Source of the DNA: Antedon mediterranea
Lineage: Eukaryota > Animalia > Echinodermata
NCBI RefSeq assembly: GCF_964355755.1
Contig: NC_092674.1
Coordinates: forward strand, 15,996,001-16,060,000
Reading direction: 5' to 3'
DNA: 64,000 nt
Position 1 is the stretch's first letter. Each line of letters opens with the position of its first letter. The translations under genes were made by a program, and so were the position numbers. The notes below the pieces were generated by a model. It saw nothing but the letters and a program-made list of their open reading frames with translations, was not told where the DNA came from and searched no databases. This document shows positions 26,201-37,729 of this stretch, in pieces.

Positions 26201-27506
26201 CACTTATTGACATACAGGTATCTTCAGCTGCTTGAGCAAACTTAGTATTAGGATGAGCCAGTCGAATAAAATCTGCCTTAAAAATCCAAATATAAAATAA
26301 ATTTTTTGTTAAAAAATGAATAATATACACTTTTAATCTATTATATATGACTTGCACTGAGGAAGGGCTAGTGTTACCGAAAGCTCTGTAAATTCCGGCC
26401 GTTACTTTAACATTTAGATTTTGCTCTTTGCTTATTTTATTTGTTTCCATTGATATCCAGCAACTGCAATGTCATTTTTAAAGTTTGCCTTTTGATTTAT
26501 ATTTTAATAATATATAATGTATGTTTCTGTTTGGGCTTGCTGTATGCTTATTACATGCTCCTGGAAACTTTTGAATGTTTACCGAATATTATTATTAATG
26601 CATGAATGATGTTTATAGTTTTGTGATAAAACAACAAGATTGTACTAAATATTATATGCCAATATAATGTGTAAGTTTTTTAGGAGTGAGCGTGATATAA
26701 AGTTTTTATAGATAAGATGATGACCAGCTTTAATTAACAATTGAAAAATAACAAGGTTGTAGCTGAATTTCTAAAGTTTCAATTTAACTTGGGGTAAATA
26801 CTACCCTGTTTTTGGTACAGTGTATGTATACATTGGTACTTTCAACTTACCAAATCAGCTACACAGCACAGGGTATCAGATAACTTGTCAAATATAGACA
26901 CAATGTGGGGAGTTGTTGGAGCATTTATAGCTTCTAGTACAAGTTCCTCAGCCTTCATAATACATTTTTGCTGTGCGTTTTGGAATCCTGATGGTGAAGA
27001 AAGTTCTGGCATTTCAAATAATCCCTTAAATTAATGAAAAAAAGTGTAATGAATGTTAAACTGGTAATATTGAAAGTACTGTAATTTTCTATTCCAGCCT
27101 GCAATCAAGGAATGTTATTTGTATGGGGGAGGGGAATATGTACATTTTGCGGGGGTAGCCAGGAACAACAATAGGCTGGACACACCAAACACACTCACCC
27201 CTAGATATGGGGGTAGCCAGGAACAACAATAGGCTGGACACATCAAACACACTCACCCCTAGATATGGGCCTGCTATTAAATGGATTTCTTTCTCTATAA
27301 ACAGTGAACAAAATATGAAGTTTGTTTCATACCACTTTTGACTTTCCCAAGTTAATTTTCCATTTTGTTTTCAAATTAAAAGCTGATGCAAGAGGTGACC
27401 ACGTAACCACACTTTTTCTAGTACATCTTCCTACTAAATACGCGTGCCAAATATGTTTTTCAAAGCATCTTAGACTGGGAAAAAATAGTCTATTTGATGA
27501 CATCAT
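5226..27506 (-). CDS. MIPEP: Mitochondrial intermediate peptidase (M3 family), 16 coding exons, 700 aa
   Basis: Exons in transcript order: 27506-27333, 27024-26851, 26276-26188, 21751-21601, 21194-21012, 15524-15249, 15033-14981, 13518-13365, 12704-12541, 12444-12405, 10899-10857, 10076-9931, 9636-9508, 9175-9110, 7607-7412, 5290-5226. All introns are GT-AG with matching phases; total 2103 nt. Motifs: basic N-terminal presequence then [39 protein letters not shown], zinc motif [55 protein letters not shown] on the minus strand at about 5078-5083. Confidence 0.97.
5535..7113. mobile_element. TIR DNA element interrupted by a LINE fragment; a related end lies at 21840-22050
   Basis: 5535-5632 (tagtccagcagcc...accttgcaatgttttctata...gattctcgatacca) is the inverse of 7020-7113 and of 21965-22050. 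Confidence 0.7.
5640..6550 (-). mobile_element. Rex1/Babar-like LINE RT fragment, degraded
   Basis: [21 protein letters not shown] at about 6345-6410; [22 protein letters not shown]; [14 protein letters not shown]. Confidence 0.85.
10300..10660. mobile_element. Composite short repeat: hairpin, tRNA B-box fragment (minus strand) and a decayed hammerhead-bearing unit (plus strand)
   Basis: tttttctcattctcacagatttcctcat and its inverse at about 10305-10428; GAGTTCGAGTCTC on the minus strand at about 10440-10452; 10480-10650 matches 47940-48095. Confidence 0.65.
11879..12043. repeat. 33-bp minisatellite, 5 identical copies
   Basis: aagtcagttaaggcagggttgccggtccagtgt repeated five times. Confidence 0.97.
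13897..14615. repeat. 56/57-bp minisatellite, about 13 units, with dimeric higher-order structure
   Basis: Unit gagtacttgattcact(a/g)gtggtt(t)acagagttagcc(g/a)gtggttgcaccttgactgag. Confidence 0.95.
17245..18808 (-). mobile_element. Helentron-type family A, nested copy 1
   Basis: actagacatgtaactcgtaactttgacgagtttggttatccgc ... ggttatcctgcaacttcgttgcggataacc. Confidence 0.85.
18811..20385 (-). mobile_element. Helentron-type family A, nested copy 2, head-to-tail with copy 1
   Basis: actagacatgaaactcgtcactttgacgagttagttatccgc ... agttatccgctgaatgcggataact; collinear with copy 1. Confidence 0.85.
20466..20502 (-). ncRNA. Minimal type-I hammerhead ribozyme motif (Penelope-type)
   Basis: Minus strand reads ttc CTGATGA t gatc-agataaa-gatc GAAA cgtt gaa: stems I and II pair and stem III is the palindrome ACGT. 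Confidence 0.75.
22853..24849 (+). mobile_element. Penelope-like retroelement (RT plus GIY-YIG), degraded, with inverted pseudo-LTRs
   Basis: [49 protein letters not shown]; [26 protein letters not shown] at about 24518-24577; 22853-22947 is the inverse of 24750-24849. Confidence 0.93.
24761..24800 (+). ncRNA. Hammerhead motif in the Penelope pLTR (second copy on the minus strand at about 22899-22938)
   Basis: ccg CTGAGGA c(aa/gg)aga-atggtt-tctcc GAAA atatta cgg. Confidence 0.7.
25268..25408. repeat. 16-bp minisatellite, about 9 copies
   Basis: (atgtgctcattataat)n. Confidence 0.95.
25537..25688. repeat. 19/20-bp alternating minisatellite (39-bp period)
   Basis: cctactttggtcagtttgca alternates with cctactttggccatcttgc. 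Confidence 0.9.
26345..26510 (+). mobile_element. Short hammerhead-bearing repeat, diverged copy
   Basis: gca CTGAGGA agggctagtgttacc GAAA gctc tgt at 26354-26389; homologous to 47940-48095. Confidence 0.7.
27151..27268. repeat. Direct tandem duplication of about 58 bp
   Basis: gggggtagccaggaacaacaataggctggacaca(c/t)caaacacactcacccctagatatg occurs twice. Confidence 0.9.
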
Positions 27507-28639
27507 AATTTGATCAAGTTTCTTCTATACCTGGAATAAAAGTAAAAGATTCTCAAAATTACAAACAAACAGGAGTTATCTATGTAGCTAGCAATAAATG
27601 TTGTAATTTGTTACTATCCTTTCATTTCAGGGGCAGATTTAGGAGGGGGTGCCGCACCGGCCACGCCTTGTAATATATATATTATATATTATGCACCCAT
27701 TTACATACGATTTTATCAACGATTTTACAGGAAAAGGGGGTACAAATCTACATTAAAAATCGTTGAAATCTTCAATTTCTTTTTTTAAGTTGAACCGAGT
27801 TCAATTTCAACGTTACGATCGGTAAAACTGACTGACCAATCAAATAGTTCATAAATTACGTCATCACAGTTTTTGAAAAAATACGTACGCATTGACAATT
27901 CTTGATTTTTTACAATGCGACAATGTTTTTTGTACTCTGATTGTAGTCTGATATCTAAAAATAACAGGTGTAAGTAAAACTAAATTTTAATATAAAAAAA
28001 ATTTAATTTAATGTTTGTCTTTTAGTATAAAGCCTAGATTAAGATATCACCGAAAACATGTCCTAGGCCGGCTGGGTTGAAGCATCAAAACCTTAAAATG
28101 TTTCAATTTTCAAACGGGCCCGGCTGCGCGTGACCGGCCTTGGGTTTGCAAAACTTAACGTCAATGTGTCCCAGCAACGTCGAAAGAACCAAGAAACCAT
28201 TAATGATCGCGTAAAAAATGTGTAAAAATTTGCGATGGGAAAACAAGATTTAGGCTATTGGCGCAAAAAAAAAACAGTTCCGTATTAAATTAAATTTTGT
28301 TTGTTTTTGTTACATGGCAAAATTAAATTTTGCCAAGTATAGTATTTACTTTGTTTGTATATATGTACAGTATGTATATGTGTATGTTATGTAAGTACCG
28401 TACTGACACGGGTATAAGCCCACCCTTCTTGAACATGAATTCACATCAAGTTTAGTGGGGGGGAGCTTATACCCGAGAATCCAAAAATGCAGATCGTCAA
28501 AAACATCTCCTTTGGCCATCTCCCTTGCAGCGGAGCAGGGTCAGTAGGTGGGGCCTAGGTACTTTAGTTTACAGTGGATTGATATCGCAATTGCAGATGT
28601 CTTTTGTGACTGTGTTGTTGAATTTACCATCGAGTCAAA

Positions 28640-28910
28640 TATCTGAGCGGTTAAGGCATGGGCGCCGTTCACCTAAGGAGCCAATGGTATCGGCATGAGT
28701 TTGAGGCCGACTCGCTCCTAGTTCCGGTGGTGGAATGGAACAAGTCCTCTTGAGTTTGAGGCCGACTCGCTCCTAGTTCCGGTGGTGGAATGGAAGTCCT
28801 CTTAGATAAAGACTATAAAGCGTATGTTCACTGTACATAATTTACCTGTTTGCACTTGAAAGAAGTCCTATGTACACAGTTTATCTGTGTGCATTTTAAA
28901 GAACCCAGTT
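28640..28910 (+). mobile_element. Diverged tRNA-derived SINE with an internal duplication
   Basis: Similar to the reverse complement of 45705-46014 (gataaagactataa...gcacttgaaagaa...ttaaagaaccc); a segment of about 50 bp is duplicated at 28698-28800. Confidence 0.65.
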
Positions 28911-30261
28911 TATTTTTGTTTTATTCATTTTCGACAGTATATACAAACATATAAAAAACAGAGACATTTTTTCATATAACTAAAAAATACGGAACTTTCG
29001 CCAATGAGCTATACTCAACACGATTATGAGATCATGAATATAAAAATATATGAATATATAATACATAAATATACCATGCCTGAGAGAGACAAAGCAATAT
29101 TAAAAAGCTGTCACAGGTAAATATCTGATTAATTTGCCATTGGTAATCCTTGGCCACATGTGCCTAAATACACAAAATAAAAACAATCTCTGTATAAATA
29201 ATGAAGGATGAAGTTTTAAGATTTCTATGGCTAATCCTGCTTTTAGTTGGATTGTCCGAATGTGGAAGAAAAAGAAAGTTATCGGCAATGGACGACGATA
29301 CTTAAAAAATCATAGTGAAACTCATCAAAGGGTCATTCCACGTACCATGCGCAAACAGAACCGTTACAAAAAGATCCGCAATAACACGATATACAGTAAC
29401 AGGTATAAAGAAAGATTAACTCTACAGGGTGAACCTCCAGAAATATATCTAGATGGAGAAAAGGTAGTGAAGAAATCACAGGTACAAGATATTGTTATGG
29501 ACGAATATTTAAAAGCGAAGGGATCAGGAGAAAGGCGTATATCATAGACTTAAGAAAAAGTTTTCCAGTACTGTATTTCAGAATTAGCCGTTCACAACAT
29601 ATTAACAAAATGCACAATACATCGGCGCATGAATGTAAACAAACAAAGTAACATATATACCTATTACAGCTAAACACGTAATAGAAAGAATTCAGATACA
29701 GATCTTCTCAAAATGAGAACCGCAGCTACGTACAAGAAAAAATCTTTCAGATGCATATTAACTGTAATTGATGTCTTTAGCCGGTATACATGGGTACGTC
29801 GTATTGAAACAAAATCAAGTCGAAATGTGGCACACCACTTGTCATCAATATTTGACGTATTTGGTACTCCACTATATGTACAGCATCAAGGGACTGAATT
29901 TAAAGGAAAAGTAAGAGACCTGTTAAATTATAGGAGAATTAAAGATATAATGAGTGCCCCATACCACCCTGAATCCCAGGGAAAGGTAGAGAAATCTCAT
30001 CGAACTCTGCAATGAAAGATGTTATTTGACGTTATTTCTAAAAAATATGGTGCAAATTGGATAGGTAAACTTCCCGAATATGCAAAGGTAATATTGACGA
30101 ACCTAAAGAAGTATATCAAGTATGTTTTCTTTGGTCGATGCTCGGATGATGCATGCAGTAAAAAAAACAGTAAAACAAGAAATATACAGGAATGGCGTAG
30201 ACAAGTGGCACTCATCAGAAAACAGGCTTCCGCCGTAACAAAACGGGCAAATAAAAGACTA

Positions 30262-30442
30262 AAGCGTGGTTCCCACTAGCGACGCGACGCAAGGACGTAA
30301 CGCAACGCAAGTGAATTGACCAATCACAAGCGATGGCTTATTCGCTTGTGATTGCTAACTGTCTATAACTTCGCTTGTCATTGGTTAAAACGCTTGCGTT
30401 GCGTTTACGTCCTTGCGTTACGTTCTAGTGGGAACCAAGCTT
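30262..30442. mobile_element. Palindromic MITE (Harbinger-like) inserted in the integrase ORF
   Basis: aagcgtggttcccactag ... ctagtgggaaccaagctt; nearly the whole element folds back. Confidence 0.85.
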
Positions 30443-30625
30443 TCGAGTGCGCCAGCAAAGGATTCTTAGGATACCAAGATATCATGTCGGGGACAAGGTT
30501 CTTATTTGATTAGCAAGTAAGAGATCAAGAGTGACAAACAGAATGACAATATTGCCTGGCAGAATTACTCAAAGAAAATTAAGTATACACAAATATCGAG
30601 TTGCCTCTAAACATCCCCGAATGAA

Positions 30626-30899
30626 TAAAGCCTGGTTTCCATTAAAATTGCTACATTGTTTCCATTAAAATTGCTACACGCGCAGATGTCGCCGACGCAA
30701 TCGGGAAGGCTCCCCGATTCATCGCAGTCAAATCGGCAAAGTTCAACCATGTTCAACTTTGCCGATTTTGTCGGAGATGAATCGTATAGGCGTACCAAAG
30801 AATATTTAGCGCTCGCGCACTAGATCCCCGATAAATTCTAGCATTTCCATAGAATCGCTACGCTCTGTCGTGTAGCAATTTTATGGAAACCAGGCTTTA
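30626..30899. mobile_element. Harbinger-like MITE with TAA/TTA flanks inserted in the same ORF
   Basis: taaagcctggtttccattaaaattgctac ... gtagcaattttatggaaaccaggcttta. Confidence 0.85.
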
Positions 30900-33800
30900 G
30901 AAAACGGAAAAGTGGTTTAATGTGGTGAACATAACTGCAGATACTTTGTCTAATCAAAACAAACGTGAACAAGTTTCTTTTTTAAAAAGTAAACACCATA
31001 ACAAATATTATATAATTTCAACGCACTTTTTACGGACTTTCCGTACGCCTTAATCCGACGGGAGATGGTAATTGCCAGTTTAGTGCTGTATCTGATCAAT
31101 TGATAACAATGGGAATCTATCGATACCATATTACTCTAAGACAGGAAGTTGTTCATTACCTAGAAAACAACTCACACTTTGCGAACGAGAGGGAATGGTC
31201 GGCATTTATTACAGAAATGCCAGAAGATTGTCTTAACCGCATTTCAAGAAATGGAACTTATGGTGACCAAATAACCCTACAGGCAATTGCCAATATATTT
31301 AACATTTAGATATTGGTCATAAGTTCTTTAAGTGGAGGAAAACGTTGATTTCACCGGATGATGCCAACATTTTCACGTTCAATTTGCCATACCGGTATAT
31401 TGTGCTAGGACATCTACCAGAAGGCAACGGTGAGCACTACCTGTCGCTTACAAACAATAATGAGGAAATACTTAATGTCATTTATAACAGTTCCCAGATT
31501 GTTTTTGAAGGAGACATGGATCATAGGCCTATTGTCGTAGATGAGACATCAGATCGAACAGAATTTCTATGTTTTTTTTCTATGTTTTTTTCTTAAAACA
31601 AATAACAATAAATGATACTTGACTTGATATTGTATACAGACGAAAGCATAATAGATAAAGATACAGACGAAGTAAACAATGAAGAAACTGAAAGAGCAAC
31701 CGATAAAGATAATACTCATCAAGGAATAATCAAAATACATTGATCGAGAAGTAAACGATGACAGCACTGGAGAATGTCTAAACGATGTAAATATGCCTAC
31801 AGACAACGAAGTAAATGAGGAAGATGTAGAAAACATATCTCTATTTGACAGACTACCCAACGAAATTCTCATCATGATTCTTACATTTGCAATGACCAAT
31901 GATGTTGCAAGTAGACAGTTTCTGCCATGTGTGAACAGAAGGTTCAAGGCTGCAGCAGATAAAGCCATGCGTTACCTTGATGAGCTGCTTGTCTACGTCA
32001 ACCCAGGCGTAGAACAATATCTAATATTACCAACCCAGGGAAGCTGTTGCTGATAAAGACCGCTGGAAAGCACAGTGGACTTGAAATTAACATTTGATCA
32101 CTAATTAGTGTCTCAATTTGGTATTTTGCTATGGTGATATTACTATTGAAAGGGAGAAAGTCTACCAGAATGGTATACTATTGAACCTATCTTTTGGAGG
32201 AAAGGAAGAAAAAATACTATATAGAAAAAGCTAAATTAAAAAAAAAACTAAAAAAACCGTTATATAATTATGTTCAGTTTACATTAACCATCAGAAGTAT
32301 ATCAAAAGATATCCTTCGATGACCCTAATTTATTTTAACCGCATAAGAAAAAGTAACTTTATCATGAAATATAACTTGTATGAAGTGTTTTTTTTTATAT
32401 CTTCTAAATGAAATAATATTTTTATTTGTTTTATATTATAATAAGATGACATCGGGTATGAAGCGTCTCACATACAAACAAAGCCAAAATAATATCTTGG
32501 ACTTGCACAGTGTATGGACTCTAACCTTACGGTTTTCATTAAATATATCATTCCACGCTATCATCCTAATTATCTAATTTTCTAACTTTTGCATTCCTCT
32601 TTTTTCATCTTATCCATTTTGGTCTTGGTGAAAAGGGAGGACATTTTATATTCCTCCTCTGAGTCTATAGCGTCTCTACCCGAACACAGACACGATTTAA
32701 TAAGTACGATTTTAATGACTGTTTACTGTCTTCTATTACCATGTTTTATATATATATTTTAATTAACGTCTTCTTGTAAATGAAAGCAAATATGGTTTTA
32801 TATTGAAATCAATCATCTTTTTATGTAAATATAGTATTTTAACTACTTTTAACACTGTAAGAATCGTAGTAATATAGGCCTACAATAGAAAGGGAAAATA
32901 TGCTTAAAAATATTTAATTCAAAAATGTAGGCCTACATTTGTGACAATTAAATTATATAGGCCTACTGTACTGTATATAAAACAGAGAATAAAAGTGGGA
33001 CGAACCAACACAAAACAAAAAAGAGAAGGTAAATTTACCTTAACCATCCATTTAAAGTAAACATTACAGTTGCTTTGTTTGTTATAAAATGTTAGTTTAT
33101 ATAATTCTTTTAGTTGTGTTTTTGGATTGTGAATGAGTTTTTAATAAATAAAATTAAATAACTGATTTTGTATTCTTACTTTCATCATAAGCAATTACAT
33201 AACTATATAAATTATAATTTGAGTAGACGGTACCGATTAAAACATTCATATATAGATTTAATTTTTTTTTTAACAGAAAAAAGAAGGAAGCCTGAAAAGA
33301 TTCAAACTAGAAACAGTGCAAACAACGATGGGCAAAAACTAATCGGTCAACTCGGCCACAATAAAGTATGGAACGCAAAAAGTGTTTTGTCTATTATTAT
33401 TTAATATTATTTTATTGTGGCTGTGCCTATTCAGGCTTTAAAAATGAAGAAATAAAAAATACTGATCTCATTGCCGATATGAATATGAAATGCTATATGA
33501 TTAGCATCCCGACTGTACATTATGTTTTCCTGTGCCCTATTTTAATAATGCTGAAAAGGATAGCCACACATTCGGGCAAGTACCTGACATGCTTCATAAT
33601 AGCATGTGTACTGTCTATGCAGTTTGAATGAAAGAAAAATAAGACATTCTAAAGCTCTGTGTACACTATCAAACTTTATGTGACAAAAAATGTGATGTGC
33701 CCATATATGGACATGTCAATGCCAATTATCACTACCATTGGGCACATCACGTAAATGGTGAAATCATCCTTATTTTTGGTGCTAAACGTATTATTGACTA

Positions 33801-34109
33801 AATATCAATATTTGTTAAAAAGTCTTATTCTTAAGTAAAAAATGTGAAAACATTTTATTTTCACTTTTTCCGTTGCATACTTTAACGTGGCCGAGTTGAC
33901 TTGGGGCCAACTTTACTTGGGGCCGACGTGACTTTAGCCACTTTGGGGACAACTTTGATCGAAATCATCAATAAAATACAACAGTATAACTAGTTATAAT
34001 ATTGAACATTTTAGATTTATTAGACTCCTTTTCCTATTGTTATTTCTACTCTGAAAGATCCAGTATGAACCAAAAATATAAAATGGAGTAGGAGTTTGGC
34101 TAAAGAAAT

Positions 34110-34299
34110 GATTTGCACATTTGTAGAATACCTTTTGTACATTTAACGTCAAAACTGATCGTTTTTACATTTAACGGTTTGATGTTTGCACATTAGTGGG
34201 TTATGAATTTTGACAGATTAGCACATTTGAGGGTGCCATGTTTGCACAAATGTGGTTGTTTGCACAAATGTGACTTTTTGCACATTTTACGGCTCAACA
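34110..34299 (+). mobile_element. Probable right terminus of the Ginger-like element
   Basis: About six copies of (tt)tgcaca(t/a)ttg(t/a)g-like motifs ending ...ttttacggctcAACA. TGT...ACA ends are typical of Ginger transposons. No left TIR was found. Confidence 0.5.
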
Positions 34300-35114
34300 G
34301 ACCTCCCTCTGTGGTAATTAATGGCGTACCATACTAGGGCCATACCGGGTGAAAATTGGCATGACAGGCATGGACCATGGAGATACTGTATAAGGAGAGA
34401 GCTTGAATGTATTGTAGCGCGTTAGCAGGATGTCGCCATGGTATTTTCACAGGCATATTTTCAAGGAGTTTGTTAATGGATGGGGGAGGTATTTGATTAC
34501 GAAACCGTGACTAGGCCTACAGTTTTAGGCTATGGCCGGAATTGTCCTAGCATACAGTAGTTATTATAATCTAGGCTATTTTTTATAATAATCCTTGCTG
34601 TAAGCAACTATCTCCTCTGCCTGAAGAGTAAACAAGCATGTGACATCACATCGTCAACATCAAGAGAGGCATGCGCAACCACGTGGAGGTACACTGAGCG
34701 TAAGATGAGATTAACATTGTGTAACATGTTGTGCTATATGGTGAGGCGGCGGACTACGTAATTACAAAGGCTTTTCTTTGGAGCTCTCTCCTTCTATAAA
34801 ATTTATACCGCTGTGGTTAGGATTCCGACACCGGAACTCAACTGCCCATTGTAACAGATTCCGCTAGAAACTAACACTGAGAACTAAACCTAAGCCTAAA
34901 ACATCCCTCTAGGCAATTGTGGGTAAAGACAAAGATGGATAAAGACGATGGTGAATAATAAAAGACAATTTTTTGAAATTTCAAAAAATTGATCAAGAAT
35001 TGAACCTACAGTACAAAACCACTAGACCCCTAGCCGCAGTACCACACCACTAAGCCAGCCAACCAGTCGGAAAAATTAGTGTTAAACTTTGTATATGAGG
35101 TTATAAAAATCAGA

Positions 35115-36216
35115 CACTGATAAAATTTAAGTTTAAAGTTACATTTCCTGCCGTCGTATTCCTGAACCGAATGTGTTTGATAAACATTATAGCAACGAAT
35201 CAAACGCATTCATCCATGTCTCTTGTGTATTGTATTCAACGGTCAACTATGAGGCACTACCGATGAATTTATTTGGTCAAATAAAATCAGAAATTCGTTT
35301 CTGTACACTATAGGGAGAAAAAGCGTGACGTCACGTTTCCTGGCCACCGACTGCGCTGGGTGTACAAACAAAAAAAATCGGTCGGCCATGTTGTCCTATT
35401 CTAACGCATTGATTTAACACCGCTTTTTCATACATCCTGATAAATTTTGTTTTTACATAATTTAGAGTTGATCATCTTGCTTTATTTTACTACGTTACTA
35501 CTGTTGAATATTTTGCTGATAATATATCTTAAGTTCACTTTCAGTTTATAATCGCAATGTTCGAAAAATAGCATTTTAAATTTCATGTTACATCACGACA
35601 TCAGAGGTACAGTAGCCGTGTGCGGTCATTCTTTGCCGCCAATAGCAGCGACATTTTGCCGATCAATATGACCCATATCTGGCCTAGCTTATGCTTTAAA
35701 ATTAGTAAAATTCAACATTTTACCCATGATATTAAAAACTCAAACTTTAATAAGAAATACATTATAAATAAATAATAGCAAACTGAAAGTTAGAAATGTA
35801 TATTGATTCGCACATTTCCACAAACAAATGCATAAATACTCGTCGCCAAAGAAAGAGGCCTAAAAAGTGCTTGACACAAAATTTAAAATGCTACTTTTTT
35901 AACATTGAGACGCAGCACAGTCGGAATGTGACGTCATGACTTTTTCTCCCTATATAACATTTAAAAATAAATAAAACTTAATGCAAACTACCTTTGTCAG
36001 TTATGTTTGTTACTGATTTTGACATACGAAACATGCATTGATAAAAACATACCATACCGTAATGACAAATGAAAGACTAATCGCGCAATCGATTGGTGTA
36101 TTTTATGTGACTGACACGGATGAATGCGTTCGTTTTGTTGGTATAATGTTTATCAAACGCATTCGGTTCTGGAATACGATGGTGAGAAATTCAATTTAAA
36201 CTTCAATTTTATCAGT
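35115..36216. mobile_element. Old inverted-repeat element with a nested MITE at 35309-35954
   Basis: 35115-35220 is the inverse of 36110-36216; inner TIRs are tagggagaaaaagcgtgacgtcac and gtgacgtcatgactttttctcccta. Confidence 0.75.
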
Positions 36217-36340
36217 TTGTGAAAGAATTAAACTTTGAAATTTGCAATATACCGTCAATAATCAATTCCAAAAAGGTGGCTGCTCTCTGGTGGTAAGATT
36301 TATTGATCTAGGCTACTAGTAGGTATCTGGTGCTATCTGA

Positions 36341-36930
36341 GGTCACAGTGCATTTCGGCCGCCAATCATTTCGGCCGCCGGTTATGGAACGACCAAATTC
36401 ATGAAACTCCAAAAAGGACAAAATATGGCATGATCATTTCGGCCGCCAGGTATGGCGCGCCAAATTGAAATATCCAGAAATAACTGTACAGTATTACAGT
36501 GAAAAAAAAGTAACTTTATCAAGTCTATGGAACGCCACAGAGAACTATGGTCATTTAAACTAGAGATCAGTTGTGCAATGGGCTAAATACATTTTGTTTT
36601 TGCCGTAGATTTAAAGTTGTATTAGTTACCGTATTTTACCGTCTGAATATTTTGGTCAATGTTTATTTTTGCGTTTAATGTTTAATGTGCATGCTATACT
36701 GTAAATATCGCTGCTGTTTCTGGAATTGAAGACCGCCGATTCGGCTTAATACAGTATTTAGTAAAATATCAACATTTTAACACACATGGCGTGTCATACA
36801 TATTCAAGAATAATTACAATTCTGGCGGCCGAAATTAACAATACATATTTTGTCCTTTTTGGCGTTTAATGAATTTGGCAATTTCATAACCGGCGGCCGA
36901 AATGACTGGCGGCCGAAATGATCAGACACC
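36341..36930. mobile_element. MITE with GG...CC ends, catttcggccgcc subrepeats and an 8-bp TSD
   Basis: Arms 36341-36430 and 36825-36930 are inverted; ctatctga flanks both sides. Confidence 0.85.
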
Positions 36931-37246
36931 CTATCTGATGGTGTTTAGTAGTAGGAGGGCCGCTCCATCTCCATCCATGCAATGCATAGCCTACTATGCA
37001 TGGACCGGTCCGGACCTGGCCTTGCTTGCTGGTTCATCACATTAACAAACACGATCATGCATCGTGTGACATGGAGGTACTACTGTAATTCTACTACTGT
37101 AGGCCCTAGCCTAGCTCTATTAATTAGTATAGGCCTAGGCCAGCTGGCCCTACTAGCTAGCTAGATGGCCTACTCTACTGCTAGGCCTAGCTAGCTAGCC
37201 TAGCTAGTGGTGGCGCTAGAAGGCTAGGCCTAGTTCCGTTTCGCAC

Positions 37247-37430
37247 CTGTCTTTTATTTCCACTCCAAATGTGTTAAGAAACTTTATCCTGAATACCACA
37301 CCTTAGAAGTAGACCTCATAAGGAATTCTACGATGGAGAATCACAGAAAAAGTAACAAATAAATCCTTTAAATTGATGAATTTACATAAGTGTTTCTCGC
37401 TCACGGTTTGTGAATTTCGCATGCTGCTCC
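37247..37430 (-). promoter_or_regulatory. Candidate non-coding first exon / promoter region of MIPEP
   Basis: The first coding exon is preceded by an acceptor (tttattccag, exon start 27530), which suggests an upstream UTR exon. A donor ACAG|GTGCGA lies at 37247 in a locally CpG-containing stretch. Position is inferred. Confidence 0.35.
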
Positions 37431-37729
37431 ATGTTCAATATTGACGTTTCTATGGAGCGCGAAAAGAGCAACTATAATAGTCAGTGGAATATAAAAAGTC
37501 AGTGGAATGCGTATAATAATAGCATGCATCAATCAGGTACAGTATATAAAACCATGGAGATTTCCTCCATGATAAAACCAGGGAGTTTTATTGTACAACT
37601 CCTTGATAAAACATACCAAATTGACTATTGAGAATTCTCGACTATTATTCTGATTGTTAATAAAGGAAATGTACTGGAATCCTATTGGATGGTAAGGTGG
37701 TAGTAGGACCATGTCCATCCCATTGCAGT

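Larger units (their letters stand above)
29000..32224 (+). pseudogene. Decayed Ginger-like transposase: DDE integrase, OTU protease, F-box and C-terminal domain
   Basis: Integrase: ERIQI(D)L, ILTVIDVFSRYTW, FGTP..VQH-QGTEF, SAPYHPESQGKVE. OTU: PTGDGNCQFSAVSDQL at about 31055-31102, GTYGDQITLQAIA, LGHLPEGNGEHYLSL. F-box: LFDRLPNEILIMIL...VNRRFK. Multiple stops and frameshifts plus two MITE insertions. Confidence 0.85.

Noticed and set aside
28376-28460. pogo/Tigger-like terminal fragment (taccgtactgacacgggtataagccc)
   Set aside because: Only one end is visible, too little to define an element.
29713-30279. Gypsy LTR retrotransposon or Maverick
   Set aside because: No RT, RNase H, gag, LTR pair, polB or capsid is visible; the domain context fits a Ginger-like DNA transposon better.
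35991-36033. Alternative MIPEP first coding exon (MFRMSKSVTNITDK|gtagtt)
   Set aside because: It lies inside an inverted-repeat element, and exon 27506-27333 already supplies the ATG and presequence.
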